Origin: Lepidodermella squamata
Lineage: Eukaryota > Animalia > Gastrotricha
Length of the DNA: 64,000 nt
Direction of reading: 5' to 3'
Assembly (NCBI GenBank): GCA_047495785.1
Contig: JBLDXI010000009.1
Coordinates: forward strand, 4,712,001-4,776,000
The notes under the pieces are model-generated. The model searched no databases. It saw only the letters and a list, made by a program, of their open reading frames with translations, and was not told where the DNA came from. Positions 13,848-26,299 of this stretch are shown piece after piece. Made by a program: the position numbers and the translations under genes. Numbering within the stretch: position 1 is the first letter of the stretch; each line of letters opens with the position of its first letter.

Positions 13848-14213
13848 ATGTCGAACTCATCGAAAAAAATGATCTCGCTGCTGTTTATTGGAGCCATCAT
13901 TGTCGCTGCAAGTGCCTGGCCGAGCAATGGCAAGGAACGCCGCAGCATCTGGGACAAGCGGAACGATGATGCTCTCAACGCGTTGTTGGAATCGATTGGC
14001 GACAAAGCTGAGCTAGATTCGGCCACTCTCAATGCTTGCAAACGTTGTTTCGGGGTAAGTCACATATTTTAATATTATTTCTTAAATTATAAGAATATTT
14101 TTTAGTCTAACATGAAGGGCAAGCGGACGAAGCTGTGCGCTGAAATGAACCCGCGAGATCGCATCAACTTTATCCGCCCGTTCTGCGCTGATGAGGTGTC
14201 TGTAATCGTCTAA
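13848..14213 (+). CDS. Small secreted prepropeptide, 104 aa, 4 Cys; exons 13848-14054 and 14106-14213
   Basis: Signal peptide ISLLFIGAIIVAASA; RR and KR dibasic sites; 51-nt GTAAGT..TTTAG intron; AATAAA at 14312. Confidence 0.8.
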
Positions 14214-15301
14214 GGCGATCTCTTTAGCTCTTATCTGATATAAGATGTACGATTCTCTATATTACGCCACATTCGCTGTAGCAGTTTTTGTATTGAAATA
14301 ATTAGAAAATCAATAAAGCAATTAGCTTCAAAATGTGTACATGAGCTGAGACATCATTTTTCCAAAGTGGAATAGAGCTTTTCAAACCTAAATTTAAAAG
14401 TAACGTTGAACTCACGGTTAGCATAATAACCTTATAATTTCTCCCACCAGCGTACTTTATTCCCTCCGAAGGGACATTTGAGGGTCTTGGCAGAGTTCGG
14501 CTTACAATGACTATTTGGCCTAATCATCCTCATGTATCGGTCTTCGTGTGTACTTATCCCTGGGATACTTTTCAAAGCATTGTTCAGCGTAAATCTTTGA
14601 TATGAAGATGGCAAGGTCGGTACTCAGCAGCTGAGAAAGCAGCTTGGCGGTGGTAGAGCTCAACGACTTATTCTGTGCAAGAGTTGAGAGTGACCATGGC
14701 GCTATTCCTCCCGAAGGTAGCCCAATGTTCAGTCCTGATGTCCACAATATGGGAACCTGTCGGGCAGTTATTTGATTCTTCATTTGTCAAGCTGCAAGTT
14801 GCCTCTCTTGGAATCCAACAACTATTGAGCAAATAAATGACAAGTAACGGAGAACCTCGCCAAGGCTAATTTCCGCGTTACAATGGATCAGTTGATCCCC
14901 AGTGCGTTTTTTTAACAAAATCAGAAGAACACCCAGCTTCAATCCAATGATGCATCCACAACATACTTTATTTCAGGTATATTCAGGTAAATAATGGTAT
15001 TTTTAGATTGAAATACCGAATATTATGGATAATGATAGCAAAATTATCAGCGTGAAGATTGAAAATTGATTCATACGACATTCTTGTTGACAATCAGAAG
15101 CAAGCATGCTATTCTGCTGGAATAGAAATAAGATTATAGACCTACAGAACCCATTCTGTAAGTCAATATCCATTAAAACGATATATAGTTGATGGTAATC
15201 ACCATAAGCACTTCAGATAATAGTAATAAAATATATAACTGAACGCTTTCCACTTGGGAACAAGGACGATACATTCCTTTACTCATCCATTCTGCCGCTG
15301 T

Positions 15302-15740
15302 TTAGCGCCTTTTAGGCTTCACTACGACGTGGTGGAGGCTTCGGCTGCTGGGCTCAGCTTCGTGGAGGAAGGTTCGGCTGCTTGGCTGAGCTTCAGCTTC
15401 GTGGAGGAAGGTTCGGCTGCTTGGCTGAGCCTCAGGTTCATGGAGGAAGGTTCGGCTGCTTGGCTGAGCTTCAGCTTCGTGGAGGAAGGTTCGGCTGCTT
15501 GGCTGAGCCTCAGCTTCGTGGAGGAAGGTTCGACTGCTTGGTTGAGCTTCAGCTTCTTCTTCTTGAAGGAAGGTTCGGCTGCTTGGTTGAGCTTCAGCTT
15601 GCTCGCTTTCGGCATCAACGCATGCGAAAATTGCCGATGAAACCTGAAAGAATTGTGATATACCAATTTATCAGCTCACTAGTGACTTTAGACTAGCCAC
15701 GACATACCAAAAGAGCGAGGACCGCGGCGTGCTTCATCAT
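15302..15740 (-). CDS. Repetitive secreted peptide precursor, 124 aa, 6x QPSSRTFL(H/Q) with EA/EP spacers; exons 15740-15708 and 15643-15302
   Basis: MMKHAAVLALL|VSSAIFACVDA signal peptide is joined by a 64-nt GTATGT..TTTCAG intron. It is followed by 39-bp coding tandem repeats and a TAA at 15302-15304. This frame is not in the ORF track. Confidence 0.85.
15335..15600. repeat. 39-bp coding tandem repeat, 6 copies plus a degenerate seventh
   Basis: GAGGAAGGTTCG(G/A)CTGCTTGG recurs at 39-bp spacing (15365, 15404, 15443, 15482, 15521), plus one variant copy. Confidence 0.95.
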
Positions 15741-16544
15741 GGTTGTAATATAGGTTGGATGTATAATACAAAAAATTAATATATTTTACAAGGGAAAAGG
15801 AGCGAATGAACTTGCTTGCGATGTTCCTCTCGATAAGCACTTGGACGGGCTGGGCAAATATACGCTACCGTCAAACATAGCTAGCATCAAATATGCGGCA
15901 ATAACAACGGCTGATTATACCGTTAATTACCATGTGACTTTCTCCTACGTCTACGAGCCGTCAACGCCTTGACAGAATACATTTTTGCACTCAGAGCAAT
16001 AATAATAATTAACGATCGCATTACCAGTAAGCGTTAGGCAACCATTTCTTGAAAATTATTAAGAAAATCCTCACAGAGAACGCAGTGCGATCATCGTAGA
16101 CGTCAGACTTGATACCTTGTTGAAACTAATAGAAAGGACGAAATTGTCGAAAATCACCCTAAGCTGGTTCTAATGAGTTTTATCCAGTATTCAGGGGTCA
16201 AGATTCCGTGAAGCCGTATTTAATTGTTTTAATTTAAAATTTCATTTCATTTTATAAACGGAGAACATCTCCAAGTAACTCAAGTAACTTGACCTCATTG
16301 ACAGATTGCTCGCCACTTCTTTCAAACCGCGGCTCTCCCGTCGGTGCGGGGGCACACGTGTAAACTACGCTATCTCCATTGCGAACTTGAAGCAAGTGTT
16401 TCAACTTGTACCCATGTTCCGAAATGTCCTTTTTCCAACGACTTCGGCCTGTGAGCACCTGTTTTTTATCGTAATTTTGTGGTAACGTTTGAATCGCGCC
16501 TTTTCTATAGTTCTTCAAATTCCCAACCAAAGTAGCCTTTTACT

Positions 16545-17945
16545 TCAAACAAATTTGTAACCAATACTTGATAATGAAGTGCTCATAGCAACCGAATCCT
16601 CGCGAATCATAGCAGAAAAGAAGGCGATGTTCAAAATGATAACAAAGCTCACTGAAAAGCAGAAGACAACGCAGTCGATGAAGTTCATTTTTTCCATCTT
16701 TAGCCCAAGGCAGCTAATTGTTTTGCTAGTGTCTAAACGAGACAATCTAGCTATACGGCATGATATTAGCATGTAAATGGTTACGACAGTGCCAACGCAC
16801 ATATGAAGGCCTAGATAATAGTCGAGGAGAACAGGCTCTGAAGTTTTGGGTAGGCTAGTCGTGAAAGAAGACTGAGCCACGCCGAACGCTAAATATACTG
16901 TTATAGCGAAACTTGCCCTATCTGGCATTTTAGCCGGCATGAAAAACGACGACAGCATTAGAATAATCAAAAGAATTGTTGGTAAAATGATAGTTATCGT
17001 ATAGAACTGCGGCCGTCTGCGAAACGTGAGGTGGCATGTAGCAGTCGAGAATTTGTCAGTGTACGAAGCGTAGCATTTTGTGGCTAGGAACCGCCAAATT
17101 TCCGAGTCATCGATAAACTGGCCAGTTCTAAGTATAAGATAGTCAACGTAGGTGATGTTGACGAAATTAGAATATCCGGCGATCTCGATCGAACAAGTTT
17201 GTTCGTCGAATGGGAAATGTTGGAAGCTGGTTGGATATTAAAAGCAATCGGACCAAAGTTTGACAAAGAAAAAGCTTACTCTAAGGAGCATGACGAATCA
17301 AGGCGGTTTTTGACTGCGATTTCGGCAATTCCTTCTTCATTCACCGCGATTTTTCCATCACCAGACCTTGAATAAACGTTTCTGATTTTTTAACTCAGTG
17401 AAAACTCAAATGAGGATGTGTTTACCTTTCAACGGAATACGTATCCGAGAAGCTGTTCATGTGAAGAAGAAGAGGATGGAACATGTCCTCCTTGCGGAAG
17501 GTGCAAAATTTCAAAGAGGACCGATTTCGGTATCTTTGAAATAGAGAATTTATTTCATCATCTCCAAAGTCATCGATTCCTGACCAGACTGCGCATGGAG
17601 GCAGTTGCCAGCGACTTTTCAAGTCAACCTGAACCGAGAAGCTGGAAGGGAATTAGTTAATTTCTGCTAGCACTTTTATAAAAAGTCATCAAACATCTGT
17701 GATAGATCGTCGATATCGATGAATTTTGTCAGAACGAAACTAAGGCTGACATCGATAACACTGCTGTTGTCGTTCAATAATGGAATGGCTCTTGAGCTTC
17801 GAAGATAAGGACAATTCGCAGCTAGGAAATCGCAAAATTCGTCCTCTGGAGATTCCGCAGGCAAAGCTTGGTATTTAGCTGTTCCTGAGCTGACTACATT
17901 AAGCTGGAAAGCTGCAAAAGATGCAATAATAAAACCAGCCATCAT
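16545..17945 (-). CDS. Divergent Cys-loop ligand-gated ion channel subunit (outlier, 3 introns)
   Basis: Signal peptide; FIDIDD beta1-2; canonical Cys-loop C-SLDFQHFPFDEQT-C (13 residues); RRRPQFY pre-M1; four TM helices; PAKMPDRASFAITVYL in the M1-M2 region; short M3-M4 loop. Confidence 0.88.
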
Positions 17946-18129
17946 ATCTGTCAGAGATTGGTGCTATTTTTGCATGTAAAGGCTGCGTACCTCACAGCGC
18001 AGAAAGTCAATTTCCGAACAAATAAACTTGTGACGTAATAAACAAACAACAGAACTGAAAATCGATTGTGTTATTGTTAAAACCTGCCCTCCTGATACCA
18101 TAATAAATTTAGCTGTTTTACTCATCGAA

Positions 18130-19047
18130 TATTCCCACATACGCATGGTTAAATTTTGCCATGGAGAAACACATGTTTCTCTATGGTTAGAAATATTTCT
18201 CTATGGCTTGAAACTACCACAAATTTGGGCAGCATTTTGCTCAGAATTAGCCTCAAAACCCCCATAAAACGCATTTTCTCGAGAATCGTAGGAAAGTCAC
18301 AGAAAGAGCGAAAACCTCAATTTTATTTAAAAGCAATTTCACGTGCAAAGAAACAAATTTGACAAAATGAGGCGAAATGAGGCGAAAAACGAGGTCGTCG
18401 AAATCTCTTGCTGGCAGCTGTCGCGAGTCGCGATGCAGATCCGGGTTTCCCTCCTGATTCGCGGTTTTGAGCGACAACGCAGAAATTCAGCGACTAGCCA
18501 TAGCAACATTAGACGCGACAATAACTGGTTTCTCGGCGAGTCTTCGACCGGCAAAATTGACCCAAATCCATGGATTAATTTCCGCCGCGACCTGAATACC
18601 ATCAGATACCATGCAGCGAGCTCGGATGGTTTTTATTGTTGTCAGTCTTCATCCAGACGGCGCGATGCATTGATTTCTGTGCGAAACCGGCTTGCAATCG
18701 GTTTGAGTGGCTTCTTCATCGAGGCAACGAGTTGTTCGTTTCCAGAATTGGCTTGATGATCGGGGCTTGATATCGGCGCTCTGTTCCATGAATCTTGACT
18801 ACTGATGCTTCGGCCAGCCGGAGAGCATGTAAATTTCGACGACGAATGAGGGTTGACCAAAAATCAAGTTGCAAACAAGAAAAAATTCGCCGAATGAAAA
18901 GTGTATTTCGTTTTCAAACGAAGAATTTGTTTCGTGAAATTTTAAGTTGGATGTTTTATTTTCTCGAAATGATTATCCTGAAATCACCCCTATGAACCCA
19001 TTGCACCCTTTTGTGGAGCCTAGGAGTGTTATGCGTATGTGGGAATA
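18130..19047. mobile_element. Probable non-autonomous TIR element (~0.9 kb)
   Basis: TATTCCCACATACGCAT (18130-18146) and its exact reverse complement (19031-19047); TA at both outer ends; no recognisable transposase inside. Confidence 0.55.
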
Positions 19048-19720
19048 GGATTACTCTATGGCAAACCATGGAGAAATATAATTTCCCCCCTCTCTGGAAC
19101 CCCTCGATTCGTTTGAAAGAATCGCGTGCTACCAAGTACCACTAAATGCTGTCATATCGACCATCAAAGCAACAAGTAGTTGGAATTTGCCTCCGCAAAC
19201 TTGGCCTAAGATGCATATGGGATAGTTTTTAATTCATTTCCTGAATTTGAATTTGAGTTTTCGGAGAAATTAACGATAAAGCTGTCGGTCCTCATGATAC
19301 CCTCCGAATGTCGCACACTGACGTTAACCCTTAGTCTTAGAAATCATTATTTGCTGCCTGATTTGCGACAAAACACAATCCCGCTCTGAGTATCGTCGAT
19401 CGATTCCCTGCACCATCGTCGCTTTTCTGTTATTCACCATCACAGCTGATGAAAAAATTGATTGACACGAGTCGCTTCTTACACAACGGCATCGCTTTAT
19501 GTCACAAATTCTCACCAAACCCCAACGGCAAGGCACGTGTAAGCGTCTTTGTGAGCCACCGGCGTTTGCAGCTGTCGAAGTACGCCATGAGTTGCCAATG
19601 CACGCTTCACAAAAACACAGCTCGTTACCAAGCAAAAGTTCACACCGAGTGCGTGTTTTACATGATCAAAGTTCACAAAGTTTTTATTCTGCGCGGATAA
19701 ACATCCCATAGAAAAACCCA

Positions 19721-22700
19721 ATGATGGTTAGACACAAATTTGCACTAATTCTTTTCGACTTGACTGCCGCCGCGCTTTGCGTAAATGACGAGTGGCAAAC
19801 CGCCGAATTCCTAAAAGACGTCCTACCCTCAGTTGATCCGTACTACAGCTTAGACGTCGAGAAACAAGCTGACTGCGTGGCAGCTTGTTACAAAAACAAC
19901 GCTTATCAAGAATGCGATGCTTTCGCTTACAGTGCCTTGAAAAGGAGCTGCAAGTTGTATAGCCTATCGAATTCTTCAGTTTCTCCCATACCCGGGTCTC
20001 AAATTGAGTCAGATATCGACACTCGACACCAGATATTTTACAAAGTAACCTTGATATCTTGAAGCTTTTGCGATCGAGAAAACGCTAAATATTTCAGCGG
20101 AAATATTGCCCGTCCGATTGGATGGCAGATTTCGATACTTCGACATGCTACTTTGTTGATACGTCAACTGGCGCCGTAAATCGGGCCAATGCCTGGACGG
20201 CTTGTGAAAAACGATTCATGTCTCAGCTGGTCGTTTTTCGAAGTGATGCGCAACGCGATAATTTGTACCAGCTACTCAACGATAATTATGCAGCTGTTAA
20301 TCCTCAGGTGTTCTGGACAGGCTACAACCGTTTCACGCGCTCCTTCTGGAACCGCCAGCGCGAGGAATTGCCCGGATATATCAAGTTCTTTGCCGCGCCG
20401 ACGGAAGTTGACTACCCCGGGGCTTTCATAAAAGATACGAGCAAATATCCTTTTAATTCAGCATTAGATCCCTCAGTATGTGCCAATGTCTGCAGTGGAA
20501 GTTTGAAGGACCGCTGTACCGGTTTTGTGTGGGAGCGCTTGGCGAGAAAATGCTGGTTTATGCAGTCTGTACCATTATCGGTGAAAACAAGTGGCATGCT
20601 GACAAATTGGACTTACTATAGAATAGGTAAACTGATGCTTTTTGCGGCTTTGAAAAGTATCATAAACATCTTTCAATTCGTCAAAATTCAAATTCGTACT
20701 TGTGCAAGATGGAAATGTTTGCAAGATGTAAAATAAGGTGTAAAAGGGTTCCCATGTGGCTTTTTGGGTGTTCTTGCCTGTTTCTCTCGATGTGAGGCAT
20801 AAAGTACTCACTGTAACCAAGAAACTGAAGAAACCAAAGTTTGGAAAATTAGGAAAAATCAGAAGCTAAGATCTGTGATTTGGACCCATGATGCGATGCC
20901 GCTATACAATACAGGGATCTTTCTCTGGGAGTTGACTTGATTTCGGTTATGTATATTTTAGCCGGAAGACCTCGAATGAACGACATTCCAAGCACTGGAT
21001 TGCCAGGGAGAGACATGACGAGTGGCGCATTACCGGCTGGGACAAAACGATATCCGTGCCAGCAATACTGCCTAAGCCAGCTACAGTGCGTTATAGCTCA
21101 GTGGGTGCCTAGTGGCTGCTGGCCAAAATACGAGACTACATTGCAAATCGCCATAGATACTGCAGCGACTGTCCTCGCGAAAAACGGTGAGAAGATCCGT
21201 ATGTCGAAGCTGATATAACGGAACAAATATTCTCCTTTCAGATGTTATTCCTAATAATCCCTGCGCGGAGAATTTCCGCTACCGCGACAGTTGCTTACGA
21301 ATTTTCGGCCCCTCGGATCCTTTTCTTTTTGACAAAGCAAAAGACGTCTGTCGTTCCATCGGGGCACGCCTTACTATGTTAGCTCATTTTTCAGTCGATC
21401 AGAATACTCATACTCTGATTAAGGGTTGCTTTTATATATTGTCTGATTTAGCATCGAGGATGGACGTAAGTACAATGCGTTGGCTGCTTCTACTACGCTC
21501 TTCCCTAATTACTGGTTTTGGTATGACGGCCTCAACAATGGATCGATGTACATAACAAGCGAAGGATTACCTGTGAATGAAACTCTCCTTTTCGCCACAA
21601 CGTGAGAGATCTAAACAAATCTGATCTTATTGCATGGTAGATTTTTTTTAAACAGGCCCCCTAACAACGTAGTCGGCAACGCATTGTCTTCTCAATTTGA
21701 TTACGTTGACTCTCTCGTTTACGGCTACTCTCTTTTCTTACGGACCAACCCTGCTGCCACAACAGGGGCTGCTACGTTGTGTGAATTTCGTGAGTAGTTA
21801 TCAACCCCAAGCAATTATGCCGAATCTTGAATTTTTTGTTTGAAGCCGTCGCTGGCAATTGGCCTCTAAGCTGCCGATTCACGCCAACTGGCCGAGAATA
21901 CATGGGTTTCCTATCGACCACAGTGGACGGCAATTCCTGTAAAGACTGGTCTACAACTCCATTTGCGAGTAGCGCAATTCGTTTTGTCGACTTCACTGTT
22001 TCCCATAACTACTGCCGGAACCCAGACCCCTCTGTACTACCAACACCGTGGTGTTACGACTCAGTCTCGAATCTTCCGACATTGTGCTCAGAAATTCCCA
22101 TGTGTCGTAAGCCCTGCATAAGCCTAAAATTTATCAAGAATTTTCAAATGATGAATGATAGCTGAGTCGGATTGGGAGCCGAGTTTAGTGAAAATGATGG
22201 AAGATATGTATTTGGCCTATGCAGTCCTAAAGCCCAATTCACAGCTAGACGGCGATTTCAACTGGCATCCCTACAGTAAATGGTGGAAAGCTGTTCCTGT
22301 TTGCCAGCTTCGAATGCGCGAATGGTGTGAGATTTCGTTCAAGGACAGCTGTTACAAACATTACACAATTGCCTCAACCTATGATGAGGCCAAGGCAATC
22401 TGCCAGCTTAATGGATGGAATCTGCTGGAGATTAACTCGTTATCGGAGCAATATTTCATTCACAGCCACGTTTCATCTTTTGCACGTAACTATTTATCAT
22501 CTCGAAATACTTCGTTTTTTCATTCTTGTATGTAGGGAGACGGATGAAAGGCCATGACCAATATTCCTGGCTAGGGTTGAGCAACGCTGGCGGAAGCTGG
22601 AAGTGGGAATCGGGCGCTGCATTGAGTTATGCTAATTGGGACGCGGCTGGTAACCAAACCGTAACAAATACTCGGGGCGCGATTTCGACACAGGTTGGAA

Positions 22701-22780
22701 CTGGATCTGCAACTTGGTTTGCTGTGGATCCTACCAAGAAGCGATGGTTCTTCTGCGAGCTTGATTTAGCACCTAATTGA
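19721..22780 (+). CDS. Secreted mosaic protein with PAN/apple x3, C-type lectin domains x3 (one apparently split) and a kringle; ~9 exons
   Basis: Signal peptide; PAN CxxxC..C..C patterns; CTLD CY..C..L..WxG motifs; kringle NYCRNPD..PWCY; short GT-AG introns with compatible phases; no TM segment. Confidence 0.85.
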
Positions 22781-23046
22781 AGCAAAAGATTGAATAATCA
22801 CAATTTCTTAACAATCGACAAATTGTTTCCTTTTTGCTTAACGAATACATTATTATTGTCAGTTTTTAGTTTTTGCAAAGCCCTTTGACATTCTATATTA
22901 AGACTCTTTAGTAAGTGACACAATGATGTGAAAACTTTTAGTTGTAAAACCACCGAAACCAAGGATCAAAGTCTAATTGCTGTGAAAATTTTTGCCAATG
23001 ACAATTAGACATCACCGATTATCGGCTATGCTATGAATGACAATGT

Positions 23047-24276
23047 TTAAGGTGAACACAAGAGGTGAATAAAAGCCGACGCGTGAATAGTCATAAGAAC
23101 GAGACTGAAAACAATGAAAGCAGTAAAATCAGCCAAATCCATAACATCGAAATGCGATGTCTTAATTGTTATTGAACTACGGCACCACTTATTTTTCGCA
23201 GCTCGGTAAGTCAGTAAAGCGTAAACTGTCATGACGATTCCGAAAATGAAATTAGCCATAATGCAGATGAAAATGCGCGGTGGCTGGGCGGTTGGCGGCA
23301 TGCTATCGAAAATTGTGCTTAAAATGAAACTGTACGCAAGAACCACAGTCACGCTGAAAACTGGCCGATCCGGAGTTCTAGCCGGGAAAATTAACGTGGC
23401 CAACTGCAGCGCGACTAGTCCATAACTCGGCATAATAGCTTTTATGAAGTAATACCGATAATCGCGTTTGAAACTCATGCCATAAAATATGTATGGGAAT
23501 CCTTCAATGACACTGATGTTGCTGTACGGTTCGCCAATCAACGTCCATGTGCTGCAAGGCGACACAAAATCCATACCGCTTGGCATCACTTTCGCCTCCT
23601 CGAAGAGTATTTGGTCCCCAGTGTTCCAGCATTCGATTGTGATCATGCAAGACATGGTGTCAAACGGGAAACGATCGAAATCAAACCCGATGCATGACGC
23701 GTCAATCCTGCCGGATGAATACCAGCTTGCACTTGAGATAAATGGTTTCACTTCGATGCCATAAGAATCCAGTTCACTGTTCAACAAAATAATTAATTGA
23801 AAATCACATGGATAGATCGATAACCTCGTAATGTCGGAAACTTGGGATGCCGAGCTTACATGTAACAACGTTGGATACCATATTTCCTCTTTTCCTCGCT
23901 TGAAGAAGAATTCGGCGAAATCGTCTGGGCAAGATTGAACATCGTCTTCTAAAAGAACTTGATTTATCGCCAAGGCCTCACAAAATGCCAAGGCATCACA
24001 TGGCAGCAGCCAAGTAACAGAAAGATCAGCATAAACCGACATTTTCTGCTCGACATCGCTAACTTCCAACAAGCTAAACAACGTCATGGAAGTGTTGGCT
24101 TTAATCGGGTAGATTCCAGCACCATTTACGTCGTAGATTAACTCCATCGCCATGTTTCGAGAAGCAGCTTGCGGGCAAACGTTGTAAAAGATTCCCTGTA
24201 TCCTACCTGTACCATTCAGCTTACCATCTGAGAACGATTGTAGCCAAAATGTCAAGAAGCAAATTGTCAACTTCAT
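23047..24276 (-). CDS. Atypical Cys-loop channel subunit, subfamily A (copy 1)
   Basis: Signal peptide; IWYPTL loop A; C-x14-C loop with FPFD; four TM helices; PARTPDRPVFSVTVVL. A 48-nt in-frame intron (GTTATC..AACAG) is read through in the ORF track. Confidence 0.9.
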   Translation of the reverse strand: MKLTICFLTFWLQSFSDGKLNGTGRIQGIFYNVCPQAASRNMAMELIYDVNGAGIYPIKANTSMTLFSLLEVSDVEQKMSVYADLSVTWLLPCDALAFCEALAINQVLLEDDVQSCPDDFAEFFFKRGKEEIWYPTLLHVSSASQVSDITRLSIYPCDFQLIILLNSELDSYGIEVKPFISSASWYSSGRIDASCIGFDFDRFPFDTMSCMITIECWNTGDQILFEEAKVMPSGMDFVSPCSTWTLIGEPYSNISVIEGFPYIFYGMSFKRDYRYYFIKAIMPSYGLVALQLATLIFPARTPDRPVFSVTVVLAYSFILSTIFDSMPPTAQPPRIFICIMANFIFGIVMTVYALLTYRAAKNKWCRSSITIKTSHFDVMDLADFTAFIVFSLVLMTIHASAFIHLLCSP

Positions 24277-26299
24277 TGCTACTGAATTTCCCTGTTATAT
24301 AAAACAGCACGCATCATTAAATCTCAGGAGAGTCTCTGCTTGATCAACAGAGAATTTTGATAATTTCAATTACTCTTTTATACGGTAGCAGGACATGGCG
24401 AAAGTCACGTGGAGCATGAAGATCAATATGTCGAACTATTGCGGTGAGGGTGCCAAGCCCCATATGGCCGATTGCTGTGAACAGCTTTCCGCCACCGCTT
24501 CACTCTGGCAAATCGATACTTCATCAAAGTTTACATTTATGTGTAGAAGCGAGCAGAAATTCGCAAGTTCAAAAAGAGTCACTCTGAGGTATCTATGACC
24601 ATATAAATACGGCAAAATAAAAAAGACGAGAAAAATTCTTTGAATAGAAATTAACACACTGGCTACTGGGTCCGCGGGGTGTTGCAAAAGGTCCCTCAGA
24701 ATTCACCTGCTTTCTCTCTTCCGAACCCCCCACCATCCTCTACTTTTAGAAGCGGGACACTTTGATGCACGTTTTTAACGGTATCAAAAATTCTCAAATC
24801 CATCACGGTTAATACATAATCGCATGAACGTCGTATAACGCCTCCTTAGAGTATAAGTGGCATAAGTGGGGATTTAGTACAGCATACGTGCATTTTGAGA
24901 CGACTCAAAGGCTTTCATAATTACATTTACCAGCGATATGAAATTCACGAGTCTTTCTGATATAAAAGCTAAGCTGATTCTAAAGCGTGAAATAAATCCG
25001 CTTCTAAAGGCTAAAGGGTCAGCTATGGCTAGCAGAAGATGGTCAGTTTCAAGTTTGCTATTGATACAAGAATGAAATCAAGTGAAGTGCCTTTTTAGAG
25101 CGCCAGCGATAAACGAGTATGATCATAATGAGAAATAATTTTTCAAAAATGGATGATGAATGATGTGAATCGTATTGCTATTTGCTTAAAAAACGCTTGG
25201 AAATGAGGAATATGACGATATCTGTTATTTGTTATTTCATTCACCAAACCAAGCAAGTTATCGATTTTCATTACCGATCGGTATCAGTTTTGGCAAATCG
25301 ATTTGTATTTCGGAGCTGATGGACTGATTTTGGCGGATTTTTGACCACGGTCTTGATGCGAGTTTTACTCATGACAGCTTCATGCACCCATCCTTATTGC
25401 TAGAAACTCCGCGGTTTTTACTGACTTGTGTACTTACTGATCCTTGTTGGTTCATTCGCACACGTGCGTATTCAGCTGCCAACGTGTTATAAGGAATAAA
25501 GCCAAGAAATGAAGTTTGCGCAATTTTTTACCTTTATTGTTTTGATGAGTTATTCTTCGTGAAATCGACAAAGGAATATTTGAATGGTGGATCTCAATCC
25601 CCACCTCTACCGCTCTCCTGTTTTTCCCTTATGCTTTCAGCACCCTCGACAAAAAAGAGCTTGCTCATTGCTCACTGGCAATCTAGAAATGTCAAACACC
25701 CACCATTCGATAACGCACTTATTGTCTCGCGAGGTGCGTTGCGAACGGTCAATCATTGTGACTTCGAAAACTCGCAATTCTAAGTTAGAGTAGGCGAAAG
25801 GATTCCTTATCTTTTTCTTACATATTAATACCCTGGTATCTCTGGGTGCTCCGCCATAACAACTCGCCCAAAATAGAAACGAACGGCGAAATGCTTTGAG
25901 TGCACAGAAAAAAGTGGTGTTCAGTTTTTTAATGCACGCGACTTGACAGAGATGCAAGCAGATAGCATCCGCCATTTGTGTCGATTCTGAACCTACCCTA
26001 GATACGTTTGACCGGGTTTCATCTCGATAGATCTCATGTTTCGAGTATTCTCTGTTATGGTTCCTTCATCATTCAACGCGGAATGAAGGTCAGGTAAAAT
26101 TAAAATTCTAAGAAAAAAGGTAAAGTTGTTACCGCCTACTATAACATGATTTTGAAGTTACATTTGGTCCGGCTTGAAGTAATTGAATTTTGAAAAGTTT
26201 TGAGCTTTTTCCCGTGTTGCCCTAGTACTTTTTTATTACAACACTTCTAATATCATACGCTAGACTAATACTCGTGGGAGACATACCCAAGGAACAGGC

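Noticed and set aside
15335-15600. CRISPR-like array
   Set aside because: Contiguous tandem units with no unique spacers, in a eukaryotic coding context with no cas genes.
15322-15666. ORF-track proteins with KLKLSQAAEPSST or EEGSAAWLSFSF repeats
   Set aside because: These are alternative frames of the 39-bp repeat. Only the third minus frame joins a signal-peptide exon through a canonical intron.
18253-18995. Transposase within the 18130-19047 element
   Set aside because: Short overlapping ORFs with no DDE or HTH motif that I can recognise.
23047-24276. Intronless 409-aa channel (retrogene)
   Set aside because: A 48-nt stop-free GT-AG segment sits at the family's conserved intron site; the same intron contains a stop in the 28167 paralogue.
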